Assembly (NCBI GenBank): GCA_964489185.1
Contig: CAZAXR010000039.1
Location: forward strand, 53,128-117,127
Source: an uncultured Steroidobacteraceae bacterium
GTDB lineage: Bacteria > Pseudomonadota > Gammaproteobacteria > Steroidobacterales > Steroidobacteraceae
DNA length: 64,000 bases
Direction of reading: 5' to 3'
Made by a program: the position numbers and the translations under genes. This document shows, piece by piece, positions 17,277-27,334 of this stretch; within the stretch, counting starts at the first letter, position 1; the number at the start of each line of letters is the position of its first letter. Under the pieces are notes generated by a model. That model was given only the letters and a program-made list of their open reading frames with translations, ran no database searches and was not told the origin of the DNA.

Positions 17277-17989
17277 CACTCTGCTCCGCAAATCATCACC
17301 CAACGAGGGGGCGGGTTGGCGATCATACACCGATCAGTAGACCAGCGGACACCCTGGTACGTTCCGTAACATGTTGGAAGTGAGGCGCGTTGGTAACGCG
17401 CAAGCGCCACGCTCCCGCAGACCAACTTGTAACTTCTGTGTGACCGCACATTCGGCGCCGAGTTTCAAGTCCGCATCGCGCCCGCGCGCGCCAACGGCGG
17501 TGTTTGTTCAGCGTGCGTCGGTGCTCGCCGACAGTGCCCCGTCCGTCGGCACGCAGCCGCAGCTACTGCACGATGGCGTCGGCCATTTGTGGATGAAGTG
17601 AGCAGAAAAAGCGGCAGATTGAAGCGGAAAGAGAAGCTCGCGCTCGTGTCATCAGCGCTCGAAACGTCGAGGCTGAACGCCGCGTGCGACCGGTATCCGT
17701 TTGTCCAGGTCACGGTCGAGCCTGACTCGAGCCGTTGTTCAGAGGTCTGCGCGAGCGTGAGCGTGCTCAGGGCCGCAAAGCGGCCGTGGGCCCCGCGAGG
17801 TGTTGGTCGTAACAATGTCCGTTAGTGAGCGGTGCGCGCCTGAACGCAGCGTGAGCGGATGCTTCAGCGCGCTGGCGGGCCTCAGCGTCCGAGCCGGGAA
17901 GCACTACCCGCCGCGGGCCGCCGACCGATCGTAGGCGGGCCCGAGTGGAGGGAACTGTTCCAGCGCGGCAGAGCGTAGTGCCGGGCCGC

Positions 17990-18793
17990 CTATCCCCTGG
18001 CATCGCGCGCGCCGAGATCGCGCAGCAGACTCACCAGATCCTGCAGCTCCGTCCAGCCGGTGTCGGAGACCGCGCAATACTCCACGTTCCCCAGCGGCCA
18101 ACACGCGATGTGATAGCCATTGCGCGTCGTCTGCTCCGGCAGGCGGTGGCTCACACCAGCCCAGCTGAACACGTTGATGATGTGCGGGCCGTGTTCGTAG
18201 ACGACCACTGCCGCGCGATGCCCGTCGAAGTAGTCTGCGCGGCCACCCACCAGACGATAGCCCTGCGCGGCGAAGTCAGCCACCACGGGTGACACGTCGG
18301 CGTGGCCCGCGAACCACGGCTTCACCGTGTGTCGGTCGGTGGAGACCACGTCGGTGAGATGCGTCGGCATGAGCGAGCGCACATGTGCTGCGACCAGATC
18401 ATCGAGCAGTGCCTGTGGAGCCGCGGGTGACATCAGGAACAGGAACCACGCCGCCACCGCGGCGCACGCGGCCGCGGCGAGGCCGGTGGCCGTTCCCGCC
18501 CAGAACGGCGCCCGCGGCCGCCACGCTGCCCGCCGCGCCCACGGCGTTGCGCGCGCCGCGCGCCGCTCGACGACGCTTTCCGCATCGAGGCAGTGCGTTA
18601 CGCGCGCGCGCAGCTCATGCGGGGCGTGCTCGGGGGGTGCGCTCCGCAGTAGCTCGCGCGCGCGCTGCAGATCCTGGCGCAGCGCTCGACACTCGGCGCA
18701 GCGCTCGAGATGGCGCTCGAGGTCCGCGCTCGACAGCGCATCGAGCTCGCCGTCGAACCACGCCTGGACACGCAGTGACTCAGCGCATTGCAC
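17990..18793 (-). CDS. Anti-sigma factor (zf-HC2 type, single TM, periplasmic C-terminal domain)
   Basis: The GTG start overlaps the sigma gene by 14 nt. The N-terminus is CAESLRVQAWFDGELDALSSADLERHLERCAECR (the H-x3-C-x2-C motif). The TM segment is AGTATGLAAAACAAVAAWFLFL. Confidence 0.8.
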   Translation of the reverse strand: MQCAESLRVQAWFDGELDALSSADLERHLERCAECRALRQDLQRARELLRSAPPEHAPHELRARVTHCLDAESVVERRAARATPWARRAAWRPRAPFWAGTATGLAAAACAAVAAWFLFLMSPAAPQALLDDLVAAHVRSLMPTHLTDVVSTDRHTVKPWFAGHADVSPVVADFAAQGYRLVGGRADYFDGHRAAVVVYEHGPHIINVFSWAGVSHRLPEQTTRNGYHIACWPLGNVEYCAVSDTGWTELQDLVSLLRDLGARDARG

Positions 18794-19325
18794 GGGGTTC
18801 TCCTGCAGAGTCCTTGAGCCAGCTCAGCTTGAGGGCCGCGCGGGCGCGGGCGAGACGTGACATGACGGTGCCGATCGGCAGCTGCGTCACCGCGGCGATT
18901 TCGCGGTAACTCAGATCCTCCATTTCCCGCAGCAGCAGCACTTCGCGATGCTCGACGCCCAGCCCGGCGAGCAGTCGCGCCAGCCTGCGACGCTCCTCGT
19001 CCTCGATCGATGCGGTCTCGGGATCGGGTGGCGCGGCTAGCGTGGCCGGAACGACCGCGGCATCGTCCTGATCCGGTAGCGGCTGGAAGCCGCGCCGCTG
19101 TTCCTGGCGCACGCTCGTCACGTGGCAGTTGCGCACGATGGCGAGCAGCCAGCTCTTCACGTCCGTGCCCCGCAAGCTGTCAAAGGCACGGAACGCGCGC
19201 AGGAAGGCCTCCTGGACCACATCGTCCGCCTCGCTGGACGAGCGGGTGAGCCAGCGCGCAAAACGGTAGGCAGCGTCCAGGTGCGGCATGACCTGCGCCT
19301 CGAAACGTCTGCGCTTTTCGTCCAT
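18780..19325 (-). CDS. ECF-type RNA polymerase sigma-70 factor
   Basis: Region 2 is MDEKRRRFEAQVMPHLDAAYRFARWLTRSSSEADDVVQEAFLRAFRAF. Region 4 is LLLREMEDLSYREIAAVTQLPIGTVMSRLARAR. Confidence 0.9.
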   Translation of the reverse strand: MDEKRRRFEAQVMPHLDAAYRFARWLTRSSSEADDVVQEAFLRAFRAFDSLRGTDVKSWLLAIVRNCHVTSVRQEQRRGFQPLPDQDDAAVVPATLAAPPDPETASIEDEERRRLARLLAGLGVEHREVLLLREMEDLSYREIAAVTQLPIGTVMSRLARARAALKLSWLKDSAGEPRAMR

Positions 19326-19381
19326 TGTCGAAACCGCTCTGCCCTCACGCGGCTGCACCCGCCCCACCCCGCCTGGCGGAA

Positions 19382-19407
19382 GACGCCCCGCGGGCGGATT
19401 TTATTCC
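19382..19407 (-). promoter_or_regulatory. Candidate ECF-type autoregulatory promoter GGAAT-N17-CGTC
   Basis: The minus strand reads GGAATAAAATCCGCCCGCGGGGCGTC about 55 nt upstream of the ECF sigma start, and fits the generic GGAAC/T-N16-17-CGT pattern. This is a pattern match only. Confidence 0.3.
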
Positions 19408-19416
19408 CGCGACCGG

Positions 19417-20342
19417 CTAGGCGGGCGCGCGCAGGTAGGCGGCGTCGACCGTGTTGCTCAGCAGCATGGCGATGGTCATCGGGCCCAGTCCTCCGGGCAC
19501 CGGGGTGATCCAGCCGGCGCGCGCCGCAGCGCTGGCAAACTCCACATCGCCGACGAGCTTGCCATCGGCGGCGCGATTGATGCCCACGTCGAACACCGCG
19601 GCGCCCGGGCGCACCCAGTGCCCGGGAATGAAGCCGGCCTTGCCGACCGCGCCGACCAGCACCTCGGCGCGCTCGACCTCGGCACGCAGGTCGCGCGTGC
19701 CGGTATGGCACACGGTGACCGTGGCGCGCGCCAGCAGCAGCTCGAGCGCCATCGGGCGACCGACGATGTTGGATGCTCCGACGACGGTGGCGCGCGCGCC
19801 GGTGAGCGCGATGCCGTACTCGTGCGCCAGGCGGATGACGCCGAAGGGGGTGCAGGGGCGCAGCCGCGGACGCTTCTGCGCGAGCAGCCCGGTGTTGACC
19901 GGATGGAAGCCGTCGACATCCTTGGCCGGGTCGACCGCATCCATGACGCGGTTGGCGTCGACTCCTTTCGGCAGCGGCAGCTGCACGAGAATCCCGTCGA
20001 CGCGCTGGTCGTGATTGAGCGCCTGCACCAGGGCCAGGATGCGCGCCTCCGCAGTGTTCGCCGGCAGATCGTGCGCGAACGACTCGATCCCGGCTTCCAG
20101 CGAGGAGCGGCGCTTGTTGCGCACGTACACGCTCGAGGCAGGGTCCTCACCCACCTGCAGCACCGCGAGCCCCGGCCGGCGCCCGTAGCGCGCGGCAAAC
20201 TCGGCGGCCCGCTTGGCGACCTCGGCACGCACACGCGCGGCGACCGCCTTGCCGTCGAGGATAATCGCGCCGCCGGTAGTGCGCGGCAGCGCCGCTCCCG
20301 GGTGTGCGGGAGCGGCGCCCGCTTCGCTCGCTGAGCCGCCCA

Positions 20343-20343
<1 letters not shown>
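19417..20343 (-). CDS. folD: Bifunctional methylenetetrahydrofolate dehydrogenase/cyclohydrolase
   Basis: AIILDGKAVAARVRAEV...PGLAVLQVGEDPASSVYVRNKRRS...VDGILVQLPLPKG...GKAGFIPGHWVRPGAAVFDVGINR. The ATG at 20343 overlaps the ahcY stop (TGATG). An N-terminal extension of about 22 aa makes the exact start uncertain. Confidence 0.9.
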
Positions 20344-21761
<1,418 letters not shown>

Positions 21762-21784
21762 GCTCGATACTCCGCTGATACAGA

Positions 21785-21870
21785 GTGAGCGCCGTGTGAA
21801 CACGTCCGCCTGCTGAGCCTGGCAGCCCCGCGGGGCGATCCCCGGGCTGTCGCAACGCTCCTCAGCAGGC
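21785..21870 (-). promoter_or_regulatory. SAH riboswitch (RF01057-type) in the ahcY 5-prime leader
   Basis: The minus strand reads CUGCUGAGGAGCGUUGCGACAGCCCGGGGAUCGCCCCGCGGGGCUGCCAGGCUCAGCAGGCGGACGUGUUCACACGGCGCUCAC. P1 pairs CUGCUGAG with CUCAGCAG, and P2 pairs CAGCCC with GGGCUG. The conserved GAGGAGCGUUGCGAC and ACGGCGCUCAC can form the pseudoknot (GAGCG/CGCUC). The element ends about 24 nt before the ahcY ATG. Confidence 0.85.
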
Positions 21871-21903
21871 GCGGCTGCCGCGAATGCGGCTGCAATCTCA
21901 TTT

Positions 21904-23076
21904 CTAGGCGGCGCGGATCCCTTTGGCCTCCGCGGCAAGCGCCTCGGCCCTATCGGTACGCTCCCAGTGAAACTCCGGCTCGGTGCGGCCGAAGTGCCCG
22001 TAGGCGGCGGTCTTCTGGTAGATCGGCCGCACCAGGTCCAGCATCTCGCGCAGCCCGTAGGGCGTCAGATCGAAGTGCTTGCGTACGATCTGCGTCAGGC
22101 GCTCGCGCGAGAGGCGGCTGGTGCCGAAAGTTTCCACCATGATCGAGGTGGGCTCGGCCACGCCAATTGCGTATGACACCTGCACCTCGCAACGCGAGGC
22201 GAGCCCCGCCGCCACCAGGTTCTTCGCCACGTAGCGCGCGGCATAGGCGGCCGAGCGGTCTACCTTGGACGGATCCTTGCCGGAGAATGCCCCGCCGCCG
22301 TGGCGCGCGAAGCCACCGTAGGTATCAACGATGATCTTGCGCCCGGTGAGGCCGCAGTCGCCCACCGGACCGCCGATCACAAAGCGTCCGGTCGGATTGA
22401 TGTGGTACTTGGTGCGCTTGTCCACCCATTTCGCCGGCAGCATCGGCTTCAGGATCTCTTCCATCACCGCCTCGCGCAGCGCCTTGGTAGACACCTCCGG
22501 GCTGTGTTGGGTGGAGAGCACCACTGCCTCGAGGCCGACCGGCTCACCATCCTCGTAGCGCAAGGTGACCTGGCTCTTGGCATCCGGCCGCAGCCAGGGA
22601 AGCTTGCCGGACTTGCGCACCTGCGCCTGGCGCTTCACCAGGCGATGCGCCAGGGTGATCGGCGCCGGCATCAGCACGTCGGTCTCGTTGGTCGCGTAGC
22701 CGAACATCAGCCCCTGATCGCCGGCGCCCTGCTTGCGCTCATCCTTGCGGTCCACGCCCTGCGCGATGTCGGGGGACTGCTTGCCGATGATGTTGAGCAC
22801 ACCGCAGCTCGCCCCGTCGAATCCCATGTCGGAGGAGTTGTAGCCGATCTCGAGCACCGTCTTGCGCACCAGCGCCTCGACGTCCACCCAGGCGGTGGTG
22901 GTGATCTCGCCGGCGACGATGACCACGCCGGTCTTCACCATCGTCTCGCAGGCCACCCGCCCGCGCGTGTCCTCCTTGAGGATCGCATCCAGCACCACGT
23001 CCGAGATCTGGTCCGCGACCTTGTCCGGATGGCCCTCGGAAACAGACTCGGAAGTGAAAAGATAGTCATTCGCCAT
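21904..23076 (-). CDS. metK: S-adenosylmethionine synthase
   Basis: [26 protein letters not shown]...[12 protein letters not shown]...[19 protein letters not shown] (390 aa). Confidence 0.95.
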   Translation of the reverse strand: MANDYLFTSESVSEGHPDKVADQISDVVLDAILKEDTRGRVACETMVKTGVVIVAGEITTTAWVDVEALVRKTVLEIGYNSSDMGFDGASCGVLNIIGKQSPDIAQGVDRKDERKQGAGDQGLMFGYATNETDVLMPAPITLAHRLVKRQAQVRKSGKLPWLRPDAKSQVTLRYEDGEPVGLEAVVLSTQHSPEVSTKALREAVMEEILKPMLPAKWVDKRTKYHINPTGRFVIGGPVGDCGLTGRKIIVDTYGGFARHGGGAFSGKDPSKVDRSAAYAARYVAKNLVAAGLASRCEVQVSYAIGVAEPTSIMVETFGTSRLSRERLTQIVRKHFDLTPYGLREMLDLVRPIYQKTAAYGHFGRTEPEFHWERTDRAEALAAEAKGIRAA

Positions 23077-23194
23077 GGGGTGATTCCGCCGCGGATCCTT
23101 GGGGATTAGAAGACTAAGTTTAACCCAGATGAGCGCGCCGCGGCTCGCGGTGCGCCACATAACGCGCCACGCTGGACATATGCCGCCCGGCTAT

Positions 23195-24136
23195 CTAAGG
23201 GAAGGCTGCCGCCAGGCGTGCTTCGAATTCTGCGCGCGTAAAGCGATGATTCTGCGTGCCGCGCGACTCGATCTTGATGGCGCCCATGAGCGAGGCAATA
23301 CGCCCCGTGGCGCGCCAGTCGAGCCCACGCAACAGCCCGTGAATGAGGCCGGCGCGGTAGGCATCGCCGCAGCCGGTCGGGTCCACCACCGCGCTCGGCC
23401 GAGCCGCGGGGATCGTGAACTCGGCGGCACGGGTGTGGATGGTGGAGCCTGCGGCGCCGCGCGTGACGATGAGCGCCTCGACGTGCTGGATCAGGTCCGT
23501 CTCGGACCAGCCGGTCTTCTGCTGTACCAGCTGCCACTCATAGTCGTTCACGGTCACCCAGCGGGCCTGGGTGACGAAGCGCCGCAGCTCCTCGCCGCCG
23601 AACATCGGCAGGCCCTGTCCGGGGTCGAATATGAAAGGAATGCCCGCCTCGGCAAACTGTGCCGCGTGCTGGATCATGCCTTCGCGGCCGTCGGGCGCGA
23701 CGATCCCGAGGGCGAAATCGCGGGCCTCGCTCACACGGTTGAGGTGCGCCTGTTGCATCGCGCCGGGATGAAAGGCGGTGATCTGGTTGTCATCGAGATC
23801 GGTGGTGATGAACGCCTGCGCCGTCAGCTCCGCCTCGACGACCCGCACGTGATCAAGCGGCACGCCGACACGCATCAGCCACTCCCGGTACGGGCCGAAA
23901 TCGCGGCCGACCGTGGCCATGGGGTAGCCGCTGTCGCCCAGGAGCCTGAGGTTGTAGGCGATGTTGCCCGCGCAGCCGCCATACTCGCGGCGCATCTGCG
24001 GCACCAGGAACGACACGTTCAGCATGTGGATGCGGTCGGCCAGGATGTGATTTGCGAAGCGATCGGCGAACACCATGATGGTGTCGAACGCGAGCGAGCC
24101 GCAGATCAGCGCGCGGCCGGCGGGCTGGGCACTCAT
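23195..24136 (-). CDS. PfkB-family carbohydrate/nucleoside kinase (adenosine-kinase-like)
   Basis: ICGSLAFDTIMVF...FLVPQMRREYGGCAGNIAYNL and the C-terminal DPTGCGDAYRAGLIHGL are PfkB motifs. Placement next to metK/ahcY suggests adenosine kinase. Confidence 0.75.
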   Translation of the reverse strand: MSAQPAGRALICGSLAFDTIMVFADRFANHILADRIHMLNVSFLVPQMRREYGGCAGNIAYNLRLLGDSGYPMATVGRDFGPYREWLMRVGVPLDHVRVVEAELTAQAFITTDLDDNQITAFHPGAMQQAHLNRVSEARDFALGIVAPDGREGMIQHAAQFAEAGIPFIFDPGQGLPMFGGEELRRFVTQARWVTVNDYEWQLVQQKTGWSETDLIQHVEALIVTRGAAGSTIHTRAAEFTIPAARPSAVVDPTGCGDAYRAGLIHGLLRGLDWRATGRIASLMGAIKIESRGTQNHRFTRAEFEARLAAAFP

Positions 24137-24954
24137 TTCAGCCGGTGCGGATGCGCGTAGACGACGTGCCGGTCGGTGCGCGCGAACGCTACCAGCGTGA
24201 GGCCCGCGCGCTGCGCCAGGCGCACCGCGAACGCGGTCGGCGCCGAAAACGCCACCAGCAGCGAGATGCCGACGGTGGCCGCCTTCTGCACCATCTCGTA
24301 GCTGGCGCGGCTGGTGATGAGCATGTAACCGGCGGAGAAGTCCGCCTGGGCGCGCGACAGCGCCCCGATGGTCTTGTCGAGTGCGTTGTGACGCCCGACG
24401 TCCTCGCGCACCACCTGGATGCCCTCACCGGGCACGACCCAGGCGGCGGCGTGCACGCTGCCGGTGCGGGAGTTGATCAGCTGCCGCTCCGGCAGCTGTG
24501 CCATCGTCGCGTGCAGCTCCTGCGCCGTGATGCGCACTCCCTCTGGTACCGGGGGAAGTTCGCGGATGGCATCCTCGGCGGTCTCCGCCCCGCACAGCCC
24601 GCAGCCGGTGCGCCCGGCGAGGTTGCGGCGACGCTGCAGCAGCTGCGTAAAGCGCTCCCAGGCGACCGAGATGTTGACGTCGGCGGAAGCGGCGCCCTGG
24701 GTCACCGTGACACCGCGGATCTCATCGGCACGCGCCACCAGCCCCTCGCTGAGGGTAAAGCCGACGGCGTAGTCTTCCAGGTCCGCGGGCGTGGCGAGCA
24801 TCACCACGTGCGGTACCTCGTGGTACACCAAGGCCACCGGCATCTCCTCGGCGACCAGGTCGGTCGCCTGTGCGAGCGTGCCGTGCGTCCAGCGCTCGAC
24901 GTTCACCTGCGCGCTCACCGCCGCGGACGGCTGTACCGCCGGCTCGGGCCTCAT
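24133..24954 (-). CDS. fdhD: Formate dehydrogenase accessory sulfurtransferase FdhD
   Basis: The start is at 24954 (MRPEPAVQ...). Motifs are EMPVALVYHEVPHVVMLATPADLEDYAVGFTLSEG, GRTGCGLCG and DVGRHNALDK. The stop overlaps the kinase start (ATGA). Confidence 0.9.
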   Translation of the reverse strand: MRPEPAVQPSAAVSAQVNVERWTHGTLAQATDLVAEEMPVALVYHEVPHVVMLATPADLEDYAVGFTLSEGLVARADEIRGVTVTQGAASADVNISVAWERFTQLLQRRRNLAGRTGCGLCGAETAEDAIRELPPVPEGVRITAQELHATMAQLPERQLINSRTGSVHAAAWVVPGEGIQVVREDVGRHNALDKTIGALSRAQADFSAGYMLITSRASYEMVQKAATVGISLLVAFSAPTAFAVRLAQRAGLTLVAFARTDRHVVYAHPHRLK

Positions 24955-25146
24955 CCTCTGCCCGCCCGCGCGGCAGCCCAGCCGCCCCGCCCGGCAGTCG
25001 CCCATCGCGGCCATGCCCCGCCTTCGGCGACAATACGCTGCGCGACGCCATGCCCGGCCGGCGGTAGGGTGTCCATGGTTTCCAGTATACGTCGGGCACG
25101 GCAGTGGGGCCCGCGCACGTCCCAGGGAATACGCCGCACAACCACC

Positions 25147-25917
25147 GTGGTCCAACCGCACTCCCTCAATCGCGCGCGCCCGCGTTACCTGCTGGCGTGG
25201 ATGGTGCTGGGCGCCGGTGCAGCACCCGCGCACGCCTCCGCACTGGGCCAGGACCTGAGCTTCGGCGGCAACCTCGCCCTCACCAGCGACTACATCTACC
25301 ACGGAGTCTCCGAGAGCGACGGGCACGGCGCCGTGCAGGGGGATCTGCACCTCAGCACGGTGGGCGGCACGTTCGGCGGAGTGTGGGGCTCGACGCGCGA
25401 CAGCGACCTGGATCCGGGAGGCAGTTACGACTTCGAGATCTATCTCGGGCATCGCTTCGATCTGAGCAGCGCGTGGAATCTGACCCTGAGCGCGCGCGGC
25501 CACTACTTCGCCGGCGGCGTGGTCGAGCCCTCTGCCGACTACCATGAGATCCTGGCAAGCATCGCCTATGAGGATCGCTGGGCGTTCACGCTGACCGCGA
25601 TCCCGAACGCCGTGCGTTACTGGTTCTACCGGCGCCTGAGCCGGGCGCCGGCGTGGGTGGCCGACACTGCCGGACAGTGGCTGATCCTGCCCGGGCTGTT
25701 CGTGACCGGCGGTGTGGGCTACTACTACTCAAGCGGCACCGGCCCCGGGATCGAGGCGGCGGCCGGGTATGCCTACGGCAATGCGGGCCTGGCGTGGGAG
25801 TGGCGCCGCTTCCGCGTCGATGTCGGCTACTTCCTCACCCAGAAGGACGCCGCAAAATTGTTCCCCTACCCGCTCGCAGATCAGCAGGTGGCGGGCACGG
25901 TGACCTGGCGCTTTTGA
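25147..25917 (+). CDS. TorF-family (TIGR02001-like) outer-membrane beta-barrel protein
   Basis: The C-terminal part of ORF 24145..25917 reads FGGNLALTSDYIYHGVSESDGHGAVQGDLHL...YDFEIYLG...GYFLTQKDAAKLF...VAGTVTWRF with a terminal Phe. The start is ambiguous: GTG 25147, which gives a leader ending AHASA|LG, or ATG 25201. Confidence 0.65.
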   Translation: MVQPHSLNRARPRYLLAWMVLGAGAAPAHASALGQDLSFGGNLALTSDYIYHGVSESDGHGAVQGDLHLSTVGGTFGGVWGSTRDSDLDPGGSYDFEIYLGHRFDLSSAWNLTLSARGHYFAGGVVEPSADYHEILASIAYEDRWAFTLTAIPNAVRYWFYRRLSRAPAWVADTAGQWLILPGLFVTGGVGYYYSSGTGPGIEAAAGYAYGNAGLAWEWRRFRVDVGYFLTQKDAAKLFPYPLADQQVAGTVTWRF

Positions 25918-26034
25918 CCCCCCTGGGCGGCGGGGGGATAGTGAAGCCCTTGAACCCACAGGACCTGCGCCGACACTTACCGTTGTAGGGGCGTGACCGT
26001 TTTAAGGGCGTGGGTGCTATTTGTGAAGGGCAGC

Positions 26035-26634
26035 ATGGCGGAGCCGACTTATCGCAGTGCAGTGGGCGTAGCGCGCGAACACGATCTGATGGCGCGCGTA
26101 GCCGAAGGCGACCGCCGGGCGTTCGAGGAGCTTTACAACCTCTATCACCGGCGCATGGCACGGTTCCTGACGCGCCTGACGCACCGCTACGACGTTGCCG
26201 AAGAGATCATCAACGACACCTTCTGGGTCGTGTGGCGCAAAGCCCGCGAGTTCCGCGGCGACTCGCAACCCTCGACCTGGATCCTCGGCATCGCCTACCG
26301 CAAGGCACGGAACGCGTTCCGCTCCGCGGCGCGCCTGCAGGAGAAGAACCTCGCCGTCGCACCCGAACCACTCACTCACGACGAGCCCTTTGGCACCGAG
26401 GAATTGCGCGACTGGCTCGGACAGGCTCTCGAGCAGCTGCCGGTGGAGCAGCGTCTCGCGGTGGAGCTGTGTTACGAGCTGGGTTATTCCTGCGAGGAGA
26501 TCGCGGCGATCATGAACTGTCCGGTCAATACCGTGAAGACGCGCCTGTTCCATGCGCGTGCCAAGCTGCAGAAACTGTTACCGCAGCTGGCGGGCGCGGC
26601 GACGAAACCGAGCACACCGCAAGGCGAGCCATGA
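26035..26634 (+). CDS. ECF-type RNA polymerase sigma-70 factor
   Basis: DLMARVAEGDRRAFEELYNLYHRRMARFL...DVAEEIINDTFWVVWRKA (region 2) and LAVELCYELGYSCEEIAAIMNCPVNTVKTRLFHARAKL (region 4). Confidence 0.9.
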   Translation: MAEPTYRSAVGVAREHDLMARVAEGDRRAFEELYNLYHRRMARFLTRLTHRYDVAEEIINDTFWVVWRKAREFRGDSQPSTWILGIAYRKARNAFRSAARLQEKNLAVAPEPLTHDEPFGTEELRDWLGQALEQLPVEQRLAVELCYELGYSCEEIAAIMNCPVNTVKTRLFHARAKLQKLLPQLAGAATKPSTPQGEP

Positions 26635-27332
26635 TGACGACGAGCTTGAATCACGAGGAATCCTGGCTGCTGCTGCCATGGCTGGCCAACAGCCGCCTGT
26701 CACAGGCCGAGCGCGCGCGCCTCGAGGAGCACGTGCGCAGCTGCGGCGCCTGCACCGACCAACTCGCCGTGCAGCGTCTGCTGTGCGAGGCACTCACGGC
26801 ACCCGACCGCGTCACGTACGCCCCCGGGCCCTCGTTCCGCAAGCTGATGCAGCACATCGACGGCACGGCTCCCGCCGAGCGGCCCGAGAAGCGGCGTGCG
26901 GCGCGGGTGCACGGCTTCCCGGCTCCGGGGTTCTCGGCCTGGCGTCCGCCTGGCCTGGCGTTTGCTGCGAGCTTCGTGGCCGCGCTCGGACTGGCCCTCG
27001 CTGCGGCCACCGCCCATCACTGGGCGCAGCCGCTGTACCTCACGCATACCTCCACCGCCCCGGCGCCCACGGCGGTGCTGCACATCGCCTTCGAGCGCTC
27101 GCTGCCCATCGGCGAGGTGGAGGAAGCGCTGCATCTGGCGGGGGCGCGGGTGGTCGAAGGACCCGACGCCAGTGGCATCTTCGGGGTGACCCCGGCAGGG
27201 GGCGCCCGCCCCGGTGCGCAGGACCTGTACCAGCTCGCCCAGCAGCTGCGCGCCGACGCGCGCGTGCGCTGGGTCGAGCCGCTCAGCGGTGCGGAGGTTG
27301 CAGCGCAGGGGCCGCGCCCGCAGGGTCGGTAA
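26631..27332 (+). CDS. Anti-sigma factor (zf-HC2, one TM, small periplasmic domain)
   Basis: There is an ATGA overlap with the sigma gene. MMTTSLNHEESWLLLPWLANSRLSQAERARLEEHVRSCGACTDQL. The TM segment is LAFAASFVAALGLALAAATA. Confidence 0.8.
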   Translation: MMTTSLNHEESWLLLPWLANSRLSQAERARLEEHVRSCGACTDQLAVQRLLCEALTAPDRVTYAPGPSFRKLMQHIDGTAPAERPEKRRAARVHGFPAPGFSAWRPPGLAFAASFVAALGLALAAATAHHWAQPLYLTHTSTAPAPTAVLHIAFERSLPIGEVEEALHLAGARVVEGPDASGIFGVTPAGGARPGAQDLYQLAQQLRADARVRWVEPLSGAEVAAQGPRPQGR

Positions 27333-27334
27333 CC

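Noticed and set aside
17465-17825. Short ORFs 17465..17815 (-) and 17589..17825 (+) as real genes
   Set aside because: There is no RBS, no signal or family motif over the full length, and the two overlap each other. They are kept only as a possible remnant in the findings.
23077-23194. Possible SAM riboswitch upstream of metK
   Set aside because: I read both the leader sequence and its potential pairings and could not recognise SAM-I, SAM-II, SAM-V or SAM/SAH consensus elements. It needs cmscan to exclude formally.
24145-25146. N-terminal 330 aa of the 590-aa ORF 24145..25917 (+)
   Set aside because: This part is antisense to fdhD and has no family features. Only the C-terminal about 256 aa (TorF-like barrel with its own leader) looks real.
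25918-26034. ECF-type promoter upstream of the second sigma factor
   Set aside because: GAAC and CGTT motifs are present, but the spacing (about 25 nt, or GGACC-N15-CGTT without the AAC core) does not fit the GGAAC-N16-17-CGT pattern.
26552-27334. N-terminal extension of the S8 peptidase ORF (683 aa as listed)
   Set aside because: It overlaps the anti-sigma gene out of frame. ATG 27335 gives a proper signal peptide.
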